From: Octopus sinensis
Lineage: Eukaryota
NCBI RefSeq assembly: GCF_006345805.1
Contig: NC_043000.1
Span: 14,198,001-14,262,000, forward strand
DNA length: 64,000 nucleotides
Reading direction: 5' to 3'
The position numbers and the translations under genes were made by a program. The notes beneath the pieces were generated by a model. It made no database searches and had not been told where the DNA came from. It saw only the letters and a program-made list of their open reading frames with translations. Shown here piece by piece: positions 25,084-38,817 of the stretch. Position 1 is the first letter of the stretch. Each line of letters starts with the position of its first letter.

Positions 25084-25649
25084 GTGTGTGTGTGTGTGCA
25101 TTTGTCGCTCATCACTGCTTGACAACCGGTGTTGTTTTGTTTACGTCCCCGTAACTTGGTGGTTCTGCTAAGGAGGACCGATAGAATAAGTACCAGGTTT
25201 AAGAATAAATAAGTATTGAGGTCGATACATTCAACTAAAAAATTCTTCATGGCGGTGCCTCAGCATGGCCGCAGAATAATGACCGAAACAAGTAAAATAT
25301 AAAAGATATTAAAAAATTGGCAACGAAAAAAAAAAAGATCGAAATTGTCCCGAATAGTCTTTTATTCTTTTATTAGTTTTAGCCTACGGGCTGCTGCCAT
25401 GCTGGAGCACTGCCTATGCAATTTATACTGATTCTGCAAGACTTAGTTTTTGGTGAATGGGGTAATTTGTTTCCACTGCTGACTGTTGCAATTCTTGTTG
25501 TTCTAGAATCCCGGACGGGAGACAATCCAGGTGCTTCTAGAATGCATTTATATCCATTCCCAGTAAATTTCTCGATTTCTTTGGCAAGGTATTGAAAAGC
25601 TATTGGCCTTTGAAACCTTCACTATCGCAGTATGTGTTTCTGACTTTCG

Positions 25650-25940
25650 GTGGGGAAGGTTCCTTCTCGAGTCATGCCTGGTTCATCAGGGCCGGTTTCC
25701 CGGTTTCCTTGGCGTATAGGTTCCCCACCTGGACGGGACGCCGGTCCGTCGCAGGTGAGCTGCAAGATGCAAGAGGAAAGAGTGAGAGCAAGTTGTGGTA
25801 AAGGAGTCAGCAGACGTTCGCCATTACCTTCTGCCGGAGCCGCGTGGAGCTTAGGTATTTCGCTCATAAACACACAACTCGCCCGGTTTGATATTCTAAC
25901 CCGCGATCCCTCGACCGCGAGTCCGCTGCTCTAACCACTA
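25650..25940 (-). mobile_element. SINE with family-C head and a family-D-like tail
   Basis: Head matches family C; the 3' part cctgcgacggaccggcgtcccgtccagg...ggaaaccggccctgatga matches the tail of the 29646-30990 SINE. Confidence 0.7.
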
Positions 25941-26279
25941 TGGGGAAGGTGGTACCTGTGAGACTGTGTTGTGCCAATCGGTTCAGGTAATTGATTAAGT
26001 TCTTAATACTGAAATTTGATGCGAATTTTTCAAGGATCGTCTATGTGTAAACCACGGTTTATCTTGCACGTGTTTTTTCCCCTTGGAGTAGAGTTGTAGC
26101 GCTTTCAACCGCTCCCAGTATCCTAGCTTTTGATTAAATTCTATTTAAATCAGATTCATGTTATTGTCTCATATATTGTTGATTATGCTGTCGCATCAAA
26201 CCTGATCGCAATTTTGTAGCAATGAGCCCTACAGCAGAAAAGGTTCTCTCTGCTTTGAGGGAAAATGGAGGTATAATAA

Positions 26280-26494
26280 TAGTTTCAAATTTTGGCACAA
26301 GGTCAGTAATTCTGGAGGAGGATTTAATTCGATTACATCGACCCTACTGTTCAACTGGTACTTATTTTATCGACCCCAAAAGGATGAAAAGCAAACTCAA
26401 CCTTGGTGGAATTTGAACTCAGAACGTGAAGACGAATGAAATGTCATTAAAGCATTTTGTCCGGCGTGCAAACGATTCTGGCAGTTTGCCGCCT
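26280..26494 (-). mobile_element. Older SINE-B variant with alternative tail
   Basis: B head and central domain, tail ...ccttgtgccaaaatttgaaac; flanked by tggaggtataat; similar copy at ~17965-18150. Confidence 0.75.
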
Positions 26495-27705
26495 TAGTTG
26501 GAGGTATAATTATGAATGCAAGAAACAGGTGTTGCAAAATAAGAATTCTAAGACCAATAGCTTCAAACATTTTTTATCACTGGCATTTTTTGAGTGGTGG
26601 GTGGTGGTCATAAGATGACAATGCTTTCTTGACTGTTTTCAATAGCCTTTTAATGGCAACATTTAATTTCTATGATAGAAATGTCTCTTTTGATTGACTG
26701 GGTGTTTCAGTTATCATGGGTTCGGATTCTGGACGGAAAGTAGAGTATTTTTCAGATGAAGTAATCTTTTACTTGTTTCAGTCACTGGACTGCGGTAATT
26801 CTGGGAGACCCTCTTGAAGGGTCTTGGCTGAACAAATCGATTCCAGTACTTATTTTAAAGTTTAGTACTCATTCTAAGTTACGAGAACACAAACGAGCCA
26901 ACGCTGGTTGCCAAGAGGTGTTTGTGGTGGTGAGTACATACACAAACACAAACACACACAGATATTTGTGTGAGGGCTTCCACACAGTTTCCATTAACCA
27001 AATTCATTCACAAGATATTGGTCGGCCAGGGACCATAGCAGAAGACCCTTGTCCAAGGTGCCGCGCAGTGGGACATTCTTTCATATAATTTGTTTCTAGT
27101 GGTAAAAATTATAAATTAATGAAGTGCATCCAAAATTAAAGACAAACAGTTCAAATACTTGCAGTCAGAATTTTATTCTTTTGCTCTTCCATACTTTCTT
27201 GGTACATTCTGTTAGCGAGAAGATCAATGGAGTATTTGTTGATTTGATTCGAAAATAAAACAAATATGCTTTTTTTACAGAGATCAAAGTTGCATCACTT
27301 CGACCTAGTTCTTCAACAGTGATTTCAACTATTTTGGGCCTATGGAATCCTTTGATTCCTATTCAACTCTACTGGACCCCGCTAGCCATTCGATGCCTTA
27401 AATAATCCCATTAATTTTTATAATTAAATATTATTAGGAATTGCTTAAAAGATTGTTAAAATATTTTGTACAGTTCTATTTTTAACAGATGAGGAATTAT
27501 GTACATTAATTACATTGTACGAGTACTGCATTTCAGCTTTACCTTCTTTCAGATCATTTGTACAGTTGTTAATATATTAGTCATGAGAATTGCCACACAC
27601 GATGCAAAACTCGAATTTTTGGCAATCATGTGTTACTTAACCGCGATCGGCCACCGGGGTGGTGCACCACTGCTATGATTTTGCTGTCATGTACTCATTG
27701 TAAAT

Positions 27706-28095
27706 GTGGAGGCGCAATGGCCCAGTGGTTAGGGCAGCGGACTCGTGGTCATAGGATCGCGGTTTCGATTCCCAGACCGGGCGTTGTCAGTGTTTATTGA
27801 GCGAAAACACCTAAAAGCTCCACGAGGCTCCGGCAGGGGATGGTGGTGATCCCTGCTGTAATCTTTCACCATAACTTTCACTCACTCTTACTTCCTGTTT
27901 CTGTTGTACCTGTATTTCAAAGGGCCGGCCTTGTCACTCTCTGTGTCACGCTGAATATCCCCGAGAACTACGTTAAGGGTACACGTGTCTGTGGAGTGCT
28001 CAGCCACTTACACGTTAATTTCACGAGCAGGCTGTTCCGTTGATTCGGATCAACCGGAACCCTCGTCGTCGTAACCGACGGAGTGTTTCATCATC
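27706..28095 (+). mobile_element. SINE family C, full length, with 13-bp TSD
   Basis: actcattgtaaat at 27693-27705 and 28096-28108. Confidence 0.92.
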
Positions 28096-29033
28096 ACTCA
28101 TTGTAAATACCTGATAGGCAAACGTAAGTTTCACATGCCTTTCATCTTACTTGGAGAATTTTCCCTTTATAAGATTTTAAATGTTTCTTAAAGGCAACAC
28201 AGTCATTAAATAAAACACACATCAACTGTGGGTTATGTACGCTGAGGAAGGAAGTATGTGATGGCGTGTTCTCTCCACGTAACTGCCAACCTACTGTAAG
28301 CAATTTTGTGCGTGTGTTAAGAGACTATAATATTTTAGCTAGTTTTCAATATTTTATTATTTGTAACAGTTATCGTGCCTTGCAGACTTATGCTTATCCG
28401 GCTCGGGCTCCTAGGGCGCTCGGTCTCCCAACCACAATACGGCCACATTAGACGCTGGACAATACATACATACATACATACATACATACATACATACATA
28501 CATACATACATACATACATACATGTGTGTATGTATATATATATATATATAAAGGCGGTGCTCCAGCATGGCCGCAGTCAAATGACTGAAACAAGTAAAAG
28601 AGAAAAAAAAAGAGTATACAAAATGGGACAAGAACGCAAAACATGTGGACAGTTAGGTGATACAAAAATGGGACAACAAAACATCCAGATAGACGATACA
28701 CAGAAAACAAGGACGGGTCATTCGAAGTTTTATTTCCTCAGTCAAGTACTAGACTATCTTCGCAATTTCGGCTGATTATTCTTGAGATTGCTCCAATCTG
28801 GCCAGCCCCAAGGAAAAACTAAGCTAAGAGCATTAGATTCCTTGGAAGAAAGCAGCGAATGTATGCAAAAACAAGGGCGGGAAAAAAATGGACGATGTTA
28901 CACAAATACAATAAGAATAATAACACGACATAACAACAGGTGTCTTTCGACTAAGAACGAATTAAATTAAGCTGGTGTGTGTGGAAATGAAGCCTTTCGG
29001 CAGGGACACAAGATTTCACAAACACAGGGAGGA

Positions 29034-29065
<32 letters not shown>

Positions 29066-29068
29066 TAT

Positions 29069-29156
<88 letters not shown>

Positions 29157-29744
29157 AGCGCATCTTTAACACCGGCAAATATAATACTTTAAATTCTTTG
29201 TCTGAGGGGTCGAGATGTTCATATCAATCGATTGTATTATACAGCATTTAAGGAAATAACAATCATTCTTATATTGCAAATAAACTATTCACTCTTGTTC
29301 TTGTATAATGGATTATCTTCTTAGTTATTTAATTGTAACTCATCATCAAGCTCCTCTTAACATATTTCTGAAGAATTTAATTGTTTATTAGAGAGCAACG
29401 AAATGTTAAATGGCATTTCTGATGCTTAAATTTTCTTCGTCGGAACAGACTTCTACTATCGAAGCTATTTTACTGAGTTCAATTTATAACAGATCGACAT
29501 AATAATTAGCTACATTCTCTACCGAATCTGTATTTTGATCACCATCATCGAATGTAGGTACTTTCAAACACGTATTTGGTTACGCACCTTCACTGCTGTT
29601 ATTCTCTGTCAAGTGAGATTGAATATTTACCTCTGTTTAAGAGTAAAGGTGCGTGGCTTAGTGCTTAGGGTGTTGCTCTCACATTCTTGTAATCGTGGTT
29701 TTGATATCTGAACTGGGTGATGTGTTGTGTTTTTGAGTAAAATA

Positions 29745-30261
29745 TTGGGTTGTCCGGAAAGTTCGTGCCGATTTATAGTAGCTTACCTTTCGACTTATTT
29801 TAGAACATGGTTGAGTCCATAAAATGGTATTTGACTACACCTCCATTTAGAGCAGTTTAAACTATCTTTTCGTGGAAGAAGATTTATGTTCCTATAGCCT
29901 GTGTTAATTTTGTAACCCTTTAAAATGGAAGATAAGTAAGTTCATTTTCGGCACTTGATGCTTTGGGAACCAGACAAAAATTGCTGCAGCTCGGCTGGGA
30001 TGTGTTACCCCACCCTCCATATTCACCAGATATTGCTCCTTCGGATTTCCACTTATTCAGGTCTCTGCAGAATAGTCTTAATAGTAAAAATTTCGAAGCT
30101 ACCTCAATTCTGGGAAGACGGTATTTTCAAGTTAAAGGAAAGATGGAGATGCTATGTGCAACAAAATGGTTCATATTTGGTTGATTAAAAATGTAATGGC
30201 AAGTATTTATTGGCCTTTTTCTTTCCTTTAAAAATCGGCATGAACTTTCCGGACAACCTAA
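29745..30261 (+). mobile_element. Internally deleted mariner transposon
   Basis: ~30-bp TIRs TTGGGTTGTCCGGAAAGTTCGTGCCGATTT / AAATCGGCATGAACTTTCCGGACAACCTAA; TA duplication; residual transposase GWDVLPHPPYSPDIAPSDFHLFRSLQN (mariner YSPDLAP.D motif). Confidence 0.95.
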
Positions 30262-30390
30262 TACTTCATTTCATGTTGCTCCAGTTAACTCAGCTATAAA
30301 TAAGTAACCCCTGCGACTGGCTGGCGTCGTATTCAGGGAGAAAGTTGTGATCTCGATCACTTATACGCCATGGAAACCGAATAACCGGCC

Positions 30391-30942
30391 GCGAAATTTT
30401 TTTTCTTACGAGAGTTCCGGACCCCAGTTAGGAACTCATTTGCATACAGCCAATCAGAGCTCAACTACCAAACTAATTCATGAGCGCATAACAAGTGATG
30501 GGCGATAAGATAAGGTCACTTGGGTAAGGAATGACCATACTTCTTTTCTCTTTTAATAATGCTTGTTGTTCTTGTACTTGTTTCAACCACGGCTGCCTCT
30601 GCGTAGTTATTTTTGTTGTTGTTTACTTTGTAAAACAGTAATGGGAGAGGCTTGCTAGCACATCACCATCTACCTACATTTTTGCCATCCACATCTTTAC
30701 CATATGGGGCCCTAACAAAATCCGATAATAGGTATAGATGCAAATCTATCTAATTACTCGTCTCCTTCTAAAATCAGACATAACTTGGCGACCGGTCGAC
30801 TTACAACACCGTTCTTCGTCTTGGGTTTACTTGGCAGAGTGAGTTTGTTAACTTGACAACAAGGTGAAGGTGAGCACTGATTGGCTGTATGCAAATGAGT
30901 TCATTACTGGGGTCCAGAACTCTCGTGGGGAAAAAAAATTGC
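30391..30942. mobile_element. MITE with ~75-80-bp TIRs and a 9-bp TSD (Mutator/MULE-like)
   Basis: TSD taaccggcc at 30382-30390 and 30943-30951; TIR core cgagagttccggaccccagt..gaactcatttgcatacagccaatcag / ctgattggctgtatgcaaatgagttc..actggggtccagaactctcg. Confidence 0.85.
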
Positions 30943-31691
30943 TAACCGGCCCTATGAGGCCTGGTACTCGAGACAGAACTTACTTTACTGTTTTTAGTGC
31001 TCACGTAGTTGTCCTTTATTTGATGTCCCTGACGTTTGCTTCCGAAGAAAACAGAATATTTCGAAGAGATGATTGTGTAGGACGCCCCCTTGTTTGATGC
31101 CTCTACAAATGTCAAACCGTTCAGATAGCTACTGCCATTATTCAGACTATCATCGTGGAAATATCCGATGATACTATGTGGCTTTCAGGTAAACAATACA
31201 CACACACACACACACACACGTGTGTATGTACAGTTACATAACTATAAGCAGGCACTCATGCAAACGCATACGGCATACGCTTATATAAATACATACGAAA
31301 ATTATCCCATCATGCTGTGGAGGTTTTGGTACACATAAAAAACTGTGTACATACATAATACATAAACACACACACGCACACACGCACATATACTACATAT
31401 ATCTCTTATGATAATATATAATACAAGCATATACGTATGTGTACGCACTACACACACACACACACATATAGTCTTATATTTGACATACTCTGAAAAAAAA
31501 AATGGAAGACAAAGCTTTTCCTTCGTGATGAATACGATGCCACACCGTATGATCGATGCTCAGTTTTGTTGTACTTCGTATATAAATCTCCATAAAGATG
31601 AAAAGACTTGAGTAAGCAAATGTTAACGACATCTGACATATTTTACTTTGATATATGGTCGGCAGAAGAGCGAATCTCCCCCTCTCTATAA

Positions 31692-31722
<31 letters not shown>

Positions 31723-31736
31723 CGCTCCCTCTCTCT

Positions 31737-31843
<107 letters not shown>

Positions 31844-32214
31844 ACATTATACAGTGTTCCAATTTTAATATTATACTGTGCTGTCCGTTATATTATGAAT
31901 AACACGGAGGAGAATGTCAATACAAGTTTTGTTTCTTTTGTTAGTTAGCTTGTGTATTTGTTGTTGTTGTTGTTGCTCGTCTTCGTTTGTTGTTCGGTAG
32001 TTCGTTTGTTTGTTTGTTTGTTTGTTATTGTTTTGGTTTTAAAATTTTAAATTGAGTTGTGTTTCAGAAATCGAAACGGAGAAGTAAGAAAAAAAAAATA
32101 GAAAAAAGAAAAAAAGAAAAAAAGAAAAAGGAAATTTTATGAAAGTTTGATCTTCGATTGAGGTTTTCAAACGTCACAGCACAACAAATGTAATGGGTAT
32201 GGTCAATTAGGTTA

Positions 32215-32281
<67 letters not shown>

Positions 32282-32482
32282 CAACCATCCATCCGTCCGT
32301 CCGTCTGTCTGTCTATCTATTTATCCATCCATCCATCCATCCGTCCGTCCGTCCGTCCGTCCGTCCGTCCATCCATCTATCTATCCATCTATCTATCCAT
32401 CCATCCATCCATCCATCCATCCATCCATCCACCCATCCATCCAACCATCCATCCATCCATCCATCCATCCATCTATTCATCC

Positions 32483-32573
<91 letters not shown>
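32215..32573. repeat. Compound tetranucleotide microsatellite (TCTA/TCCA/TCCG/TCTG)
   Basis: Read directly. Confidence 0.95.
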
Positions 32574-32574
<1 letters not shown>

Positions 32575-32905
32575 TGCTCGGGTGTTATGTGTGTGTGCAT
32601 GCGTGTATGTGTGTGTGTGTGCGTTTTATCCATTCTGGCACTCACAGAGACACGCACACACATGCACACACTGTGGAAATACGAAAAACAGTAATTTTAA
32701 GCTGTACTCACCAAGGATTGGTTGAAAGAAGAAGAAAAAACATTCGAAATGTACTTAATTCAACTTAGAGGTCACTACTACCGCTGTTTTGTGAATGTCA
32801 GCAATATTTCTCTTCAAAACATTCAATATGAAACTAAATAAAACTTTGTTTTATCGAAATATGAAGCGTTTTAAACATGCATGCATACATACACATATAC
32901 ATATA

Positions 32906-33315
32906 GGCGCAGGAGTGGCTGTGTGGTAAGTAGCTTGCTCACCAACCACATGGTTCCGGGTTCAGTCCCACTGCGTGACGCCTTGAGCAAGTGTCTTCTA
33001 CTATAGCCTCGGGCCGACCAAAGCCTTGTGAGTGGATTTGGTAGACGGAAACTGATAGAAGCCCGTCGTATATACGTATATATATAATATGTGTGTGTGT
33101 GTGTCTATGTTTGTCCCCTTTGTCCCCATAACATCGCTTGACAACCGATGCTGGTGTGTTTACGTTCCCGTAACTTAGCGGTTCGGCAAAAGGGACCGAT
33201 AGAATAAGTACTAGGCTTACAAAGAATAAGTCCTGGGGTCGATTTTCTCGACTAAAAGGCGGTGCTCCAGCATGGCCGCAGTCAAATGACTGAAACAAGT
33301 AAAAGAGTAAAGAGT
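32906..33315 (+). mobile_element. SINE family A, full length
   Basis: Matches family A. Confidence 0.92.
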
Positions 33316-33397
33316 ATGCATACATACATACATAGTACATACATACATACATGCATATACATACATATATACGTACATATATACATACATACATGTA

Positions 33398-35940
33398 TTC
33401 GATAATGCCTAAAAATCGACAGTCTGGTCCTAAGGTACCCAAAATGTTAAATGTTGCAAACTTTAAATTATCAAGCAACTTGCAAAGATTCCACGATGCT
33501 ATAGAAAGTATCAATCTTGACCCAAACAATTTATGGGAAGATTTCAAAGCAAAAGTATTTCAGGCTGCAAGTTCGTCAGCAGGATTTAAATCCCATAAGT
33601 CCAGATAGATCAGCAGAAATTCATGATCTACTTTTAGAAAAACAAAACTTAGGCAATACACTTCCTTCTCAGTCCTTAAACACCAACTCAAACGAAGCTT
33701 ACAGAAAGCTGAAAAGGTAAGTGCAGACTGCTTTAAGGAAAGTTAAACAGGAATGGTGGAATGATAGAGCAAAAGGGGCACAAGAAGCAGCCCATAGAAA
33801 TGATGCAAAAGGTTTGTACTCATATGTTAAGGAGGTATATAGCCCCAAATCTTCTTCAATAGCTGCAGTGAGAACAGCAAATGGACGTTTGCATCTGACT
33901 GACACCGCTTCTATTCGTAAGCGCTGGGTAGAACATGTTTCTGTACTTTTGAATAGATCATCATCCGCTGACATGAGGACGATAGAAAAATCGAACACCC
34001 AGTTATAGAAGAGATGGCATTTGACCCAACTCTAAATAACATTTATTTAGCTGTGTATAAGCTGAATAAGTCTCCAGGGTCTGATGGAACCTGTGCAGAA
34101 GTCTTGAAATATGGGAATGACAAAATGTTTGAACTCTTAAATACATTAATTTGTCACTGTTGGAGAACTGAAAAATTGCCTCAAGACTGGATTGATGCCA
34201 TTTTAGTCTCCTTGTATAAATCGGGGCCAGAGGATCTGTGTGGTAATTTTCGTGGGATTTCGCTTTTATCTGTGGTTGGAAAGGTACTTGCCCGCATTTT
34301 GTTAGAACGTTTAAATACATTTATAGTTCCAAATACAGTGTCTGAGTTTCAGTGTGGTTAACGTTCCTCCAGGGACACAACTGATTGTATCTTTACTGTC
34401 AGACAATTACAAGAAAAGTGCGTTGAACAGAATCTTGCTCTATACCATTGTTTTGTTGATTTGAACAAAGCATTCGATACTGTTAATCGAAATGCTCTGT
34501 GGCTAATTCTAAGGAAAATAGGTTGCCCAGAAAAATTTGTAAACATGATCAGGTTTTTGCATTAAGATATGAAAGCTAGAGTTAATTTTGGTGGTAGGCT
34601 TTCTGGGTCTTTTGCCATGGAAAATGGAGACCTTGATGCACCCACCCTCTTTGCAATATACTTTGCATGTTGTCACATGCTTTTCAAAATTCTGAGGAGG
34701 GCATTTACATAAAATATCGAACAACAGTGAATGTTTTTAATCTAACCAAACTGAAATTCAAAACGAAGGTTTTTACTTCACTCATTAGGGAACTTTTGTA
34801 CGCTGACGATTGCGATCTTGTCAGTCATTCTGAAACAGTTCTGCAATCTCTTGTATCTGCATCTGACTCGGCTTGTGATGATTTTGGCTTAACCATCAAC
34901 TTGAAAAAAAAAAAAAAACAGTCGTAATGCATCAACCTGCGTGTGGTGCTGTTTGTAGCCCCGCCTAAAATTTTTGTTAAGGGTAAGTTACTTGAGGTTG
35001 TCGATTCGTTCATCTACCTTGGAAGCTCTGTTCAAAATAATGGAAATCTTGATACAGAAACACGGCTGCGAATTCAAAGGGCAGCAAAAGCAATTGTTGA
35101 CTTGGAGTCACGCTTTTGGTGCCAGCGACATACAAATAAGCGATACAATTCCACCAAAAATGCCTTCATCGCATTTTAAAAATTAAATGAAGTTCTTTTA
35201 CTCCAAACACAAATGTCCTTGCATCTGCAGGCATCACCACAATTAAAGCTATGATTTTGAGGAACCAAATGAGATGGTGTGGCCATATTGTTCGAATGGC
35301 AGATTAACGCATGCCGAAACAGCTGTTTTATGGTGAACTTGCAGAGGGGAAACGCTATCGGCATAAACCTAAGTAACGGTTTAAGGACTGCACAAGGACT
35401 ACTATAAAATAACTTGGAATGGATCCAGAAGACATAGAGACCCTTGCTTCGGATCGAGCTGGATGGCGAACAAAAGTATGGAGTGGAGTGAAAGCATTTG
35501 AAGAGACCAGGATAACGCAAGTAAGACTCAAAAGAAATCCAAGGAAGAATGTAACGATCGAGAAGGTGAATGACAATGACCTTTTTGTGTGCACAGTCTC
35601 TGACAGACCATGCCTGTCCTTTGCTGGGCCAAATCTCATCTGCGAACCCATGGAAAATGAACCTCCACCAACTATTCTACCTATATGTCTGTGCACACCT
35701 TTGAATGCAGTGTATGCCAGAAGGTCTGCAAATTCAACGGAGGACTCAATAGACTTTTTAAGATCCACAAAGATCAGAACTTATTTGCAGCTCTTAGTGG
35801 TCCAAATCGGATATGCAATCTGTGTGGGTGTCTTTTCAGAATATTGTCTGGTTTAAAAAACCACATCAGATGCCATGATGGGGCTAAAGTGTAGATACAG
35901 GAGGTGGTCAAACTCTGCATAATGAGTAGACAACCACCAT
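33398..35940 (+). pseudogene. 5'-truncated RTE-clade LINE (RT plus C-terminal C2H2-like fingers), frameshifted
   Basis: KSPGSDG, LPQDWIDAILVSLYK..CGNFRGISLLSVVGKVLARILLERL, FVDLNKAFDTVNR, LLYADD, FIYLGS, LASDRAGWR, CSVCQKVC...H, CNLCG...LKNHIRCH. Confidence 0.92.
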
Positions 35941-36666
35941 GTATGTATGTATGTATGTATGTATGTATGTATGTATGTATGTATGTATGTATGTATGTAT
36001 GTATGTATGTATGTATGTATGCATGTATGTATGTATTTATGTATGTATGTATGTATGTATGTATGTATGTATGCATGTATGTATGTATTTATGTATGTAT
36101 GTATGTATGTATGTATGTATGCATGTATGTATGTATTTATGTATGTATGTATGTATGTATGTATGTATGTATGTATGTATGTATGTATGTATGTATGCAT
36201 GTATGTATGTATGTATTTATGTATGTATGTATGTATGTATGTATGTATGTATGTATGTATGCATGTATGTATGTATGTATGTAGATATGTATGTATGTAT
36301 GTATGCGTGCGTGTGTGTGTATGTATGTATGTATGTATGTATGTATGTATGTATGTATGCATGTATGTATGTATTTATGTATGTATGTATGTATGTATGT
36401 ATGCATGTATTTATGTATGTATGTATGTATGTATGTATGTATGTATGTATGTATGCATGTATGTATGTATGTAGATATGCATGCATGTATGTATGTATGT
36501 ATGGATGCGTGTGTGTGTATGTATGTATGTATGTATGTATGTATGTATGTATGTATGTGTGTATGTATGTATGTATGTATGTATGTATGTATGTATGTAG
36601 ATATGCATGTATGTATGTATGTATGTATGTATGTATGTATGTATGTATGTATGTATGCATGCGTGC

Positions 36667-36702
<36 letters not shown>
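35940..36702. repeat. ~760-bp (TGTA)n microsatellite with recurring variant units
   Basis: Read directly. Confidence 0.95.
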
Positions 36703-36703
<1 letters not shown>

Positions 36704-37098
36704 GAGCCTTGGTGGTGTGACGCACGGACCTCTACGAGTCTGAAGCTCTCCACCAACTTCAAGACACCTCCTTCTATTGCCCTCTGCTCTCCAACCCCAC
36801 ACCTAGCTATCAACAGACTGTTTCCTCCACTGTCCATGACTTCATCTCCTCCTCCCGTGTCCCTCCTACCGTCTCCAACCTCATTGTCCGCACCCTACGC
36901 ACCCTCATCATATACTTCCTTCCCAAAATCCACAAGCCCAACAACTCTGGCTGCCCCATCGTCTCCGCCAGTAACTGCCCCACGGAACTGATCTCGAAAT
37001 ACCTCGACTGTGTCCTTGCCCCACTAGTGGCTTCTCTCCCCTTCCACATCCACGACACTAACCATGCTCTCTGTCTTTTCAACTCTTTCTCCTTCCGT
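36703..37098 (+). pseudogene. Penelope-like element reverse transcriptase fragment (frame not in the ORF track)
   Basis: GALVV*RTDLYESEALHQLQDTSFY...IYFLPKIHKPNNSGCPIVSASNCPTELISKYLDCVLAPLVASLPFHIHDT matches the PLE RT signature LPKIHK...RPIVS...PT..IS..LD..L.P....I.DT. Confidence 0.88.
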
Positions 37099-37349
37099 CC
37101 TGGCGTGCTAACGTTTCTTATTTCTTTATTACCCACAAGGGGCGAAACATAGAGGGGACAAACAAGGACAGACAAAGGGATTAAGTCGATTACATCGACG
37201 CCAGTGCGTAACTGGTACTTAATTTATCGACCCCGAAAGGATGAAAGGCAAAATCGACCTCGGCGGAATTTGAACTCAACGTAACGGCAGACGAAATACG
37301 GCTACGCATTTCACCCGGCGTGCTAACGTTTCTGCAACCTCGCCGCCTT
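37099..37349 (-). mobile_element. SINE family B plus a short second partial unit
   Basis: Full copy whose tail gaaataag runs directly into aaacgttagcacgcc. Confidence 0.88.
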
Positions 37350-37352
37350 ACC

Positions 37353-37448
<96 letters not shown>

Positions 37449-37783
37449 GTGTCTCTAAAAGAAATGGAGAAACTTTCAAAATACAAGGACCTGGAAATGG
37501 AGGTAACCAGAATGTGGAATCTAAAAACAGAAACAATTCCTATCATAGTAGGTGCATTAGGCATGATAAAAGAATATTCAGACAAATACATAACAAAAAC
37601 ACCAGGACTTACAAACACATATAACATACAGAAAATTGCACTACTAGGCACTGCACACATCCTACGCAGAACACTTTCCATACAATAACCATCAGAGCAT
37701 CACAACAAATCACAGCACATACCCAAGGCACACAGAGCTGCGCTCGGTAGTGAAATGAAAGCACGCTATAAGAAATAAAACTA

Positions 37784-37786
<3 letters not shown>
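37449..37786 (+). mobile_element. 5'-truncated Dong/R4-clade retrotransposon 3' end inserted in (TAA)n
   Basis: KEMEKLSKYKDLEMEVTRMWNLKTETIPIIVGALG...IQKIALLGTAHILRRTL (RLE C-terminus) plus 3' UTR; (AAT)n on both sides. Confidence 0.9.
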
Positions 37787-37832
<46 letters not shown>

Positions 37833-38401
37833 TAATAATAAACAATAAAATGTTTTGAATGGTACAATAATGCACTATAATACAGACAATGGGCTATATA
37901 CCTGTTGTAATTTAGTTATCCATTGTCTGATAATATTTCGGAATAATATTCCTTCTTCAGATTTTCTTAGATAGTGTCACTGCTCGCTGCCTTATTACAA
38001 TAGACATATAACCAGACACTCTTTTTCCTGCAGTTCATGTTTGATGCACCTGAAAACAGAATTTTAAGATATACACTGGTAGCCATTGACTACCACCTGG
38101 GTTACTCTCGTGAATTGATGTAATTATTAACGGCAATTCACGGTTGACAAACAAGTTCCTCTTTCTCTTTATCATGAAAATTATTTCAAACAGCCAAGCA
38201 TGATATCAAATGGCTGTTCTATTTAATCTGTCACTCAGTTCAACTCCACCTCATAGCCCCTTGAGTGCTTTTAGCGGAGTCCACTCTGTTGTAAGCATTC
38301 GAGTCAGGCATCCGGCTTGAGGATACTTTCCTCCATGTCTTCTTCCTTCTTAACAATTTTGGTGGCCCTTTAATAAATGGGAATGGTATTACCTTCCCTT
38401 A

Positions 38402-38817
38402 AGGCGGCGAGCTGGCAGAATCGTTAACACGCTGGGCGAAATGCTTAGCGGTATTTTGTCTGCCGCTACGTTCTGAGTTCAAATTCCGCCGAGGTCGACT
38501 TTGCCATTCATCCTTTCGGGGTCGATTAAATAAGTACCAGTTACACACTGGGGTCGATATAATCGACTTAATCCGTTTGTCTGTCCTTGTTTGTCCTCTC
38601 TGTGTTTAGCCCCTTATGGGTAGTAAAGAAATAGGTATTTCGTCTGCCGCTACGTTCTGAGTTCAAATTCCGCCGAGGTCGACATTGCCATTCATCCTTT
38701 CGGGGTCGATTAAATAAGTATCAGTTACACACTGGGGTCGATATAATCGACTTAATCCGTTTGTCTATCCTTGTTTATCCTCTCTGTGTTTAGCTCCTTG
38801 TGGGTAGTAAAGAAATA
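38402..38817 (+). mobile_element. SINE-B head-to-tail dimer with a single 16-bp TSD
   Basis: ggtattaccttccctt at 38385-38400 and 38818-38833. Confidence 0.92.

Larger units (their letters stand above)
29646..30990 (+). mobile_element. SINE family D-related copy split by two DNA-transposon insertions
   Basis: Removing 29745-30263 and 30391-30951 restores a contiguous SINE (head, ttgagtaaaata|cttcatttca, gaa-taaccggcc|ctatgagg). Confidence 0.8.

Noticed and set aside
27706-27785. tRNA genes at SINE heads
   Set aside because: A/B-box-like motifs run straight into SINE bodies in multiple copies with TSDs, and no complete acceptor stem is evident.
35904-36991. 350-aa MYVC-repeat ORF
   Set aside because: (TGTA)n microsatellite; the real signal downstream is the Penelope RT fragment in another frame.
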